A stretch of DNA of 64,000 nt from Octopus vulgaris (lineage: Eukaryota): NCBI GenBank assembly GCA_951406725.2, contig OX597817.1, positions 152,210,001 to 152,274,000 of the forward strand, given 5' to 3'. The stretch's first letter is position 1; each line of letters opens with the position of its first letter. Made by a program: the position numbers and the translations under genes. The notes below the pieces were generated by a model, which was not told the origin of the DNA, made no database searches, and saw nothing but the letters and a program-made list of their open reading frames with translations. Of this stretch, positions 63,077 to 64,000 are shown piece after piece.

Positions 63077-63236
63077 CTTCACAGTAACTGAAATATAATC
63101 CATAACCAAAAAGCTGCATTTATCATTCCATTCATTAGCCACTTTGCCATCAAAATATTTCACAACTTGGTCCAGTTCTAACTTGGCAGAATTCTTCAAA
63201 CAAGACGACGTGACAAGTAAAGGATTAAAGCGAACC
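63077..63236 (-). CDS. NBN: Nibrin/NBS1, first exon inside the window (BRCT1); upstream FHA exons are outside the window
   Basis: VRFNPLLVTSSCLKNSAKLELDQVVKYFDGKVANEWNDKCSFLVMDYISVTVK matches the nibrin PLV-SSCL...W...C--LVM---VT-K pattern; ttag/GTTTGT; 160 nt. Confidence 0.93.
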
Positions 63237-63654
63237 CTAATAAAAAAAATAGAAAATATTCACAATGCAAGGTGGGAGAATTCAAAATATGATGCCGTCC
63301 AACTAGGAAAGGCATATTGTACATGATGACTACCATTGTAATACCATTGTGATGAAAGATGACTAGAATTGATGAACACTAACAATAATTACACTGAAAT
63401 TAAAATGGTGATATAATGATGATGATGATGATGATTGACAGTAAAAACAATAATTATAGTAAAGAAAAGAAAACCAGTGTCTTTCAAAGCTAATAATACT
63501 TGAAGGGGGGGGGGGGTCAATGTACCTCATGGGAATACTGTGGCTATACAGAGATACATCCCCATCTACTCTTAACCATTTAGCATTCAGATTTCTCTGT
63601 CAAATGTAAATGCTTATTTATTCATATTATTGGATCATTCCATAAATAATGCAG

Positions 63655-64000
63655 TTTTTTAATACTTTTTTTTACTTTTCAAAATTAAGGTAAACAAATC
63701 TAAAATATACTCTCCTTCATTTTCTACAATGCTCTTCCATTTATCTGGTAGACTTGCAAGGCCCCTCTTCCAAAATTCACTTGTCTGTGACAAAAAATAC
63801 TCCTCCAGTACTGTTCTGACCTTGCCTACAGATTTCATATTTTTTCCAACTAAATGATATTGAAGACTGCAGAATAAATTATTAATCAGATGGGGCAATG
63901 TCTGGCAAATATGTCCGGCTCCAGCCTTTGGAATGTCATCCTTACTTTATGTGACCAAGCATTATCTTGATGAAATAACACCTCTTGTCTTGAAACCAAC
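63655..64000 (-). mobile_element. mariner transposase C-terminal fragment
   Basis: LFCSLQYHL-GK...LEEYFLSQTSEFWKRGLASLPDKWKSIVENEGEY. Confidence 0.8.

Overview
AT-rich, repeat-dense eukaryotic genomic DNA. The SINE/LINE repertoire suggests an octopus (coleoid mollusc); this is inference only. Two spliced minus-strand DNA-damage-response genes lie in tandem. KIN (KIN17) is complete: 10 coding exons, 22279->1529, 393 aa, with one GC-AG intron. NBN/NBS1 (nibrin) is represented by its last 14 coding exons, 63236->30478, about 600 aa, covering tandem BRCT, SQ-rich linker, Mre11-binding NFKxFxK motif and ATM-binding tail; the FHA exons lie beyond the window. Introns and the intergenic gap contain: at least four tRNA-headed SINE families; a 5'-truncated RTE LINE with a PHD finger inside its RT region, plus many short 3'-end copies; CR1-like fragments; mariner, pogo, hAT and piggyBac-type MITEs; a non-autonomous Helitron; and four GG...CC elements with 8-bp TSDs (Merlin-like), two of them long nested palindromes. 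At least three degenerate minimal hammerhead-ribozyme motifs of the Penelope/retrozyme type are visible. Almost all entries in the ORF track are spurious readings of repeats. Exon boundaries were read base by base; most repeat boundaries are approximate.
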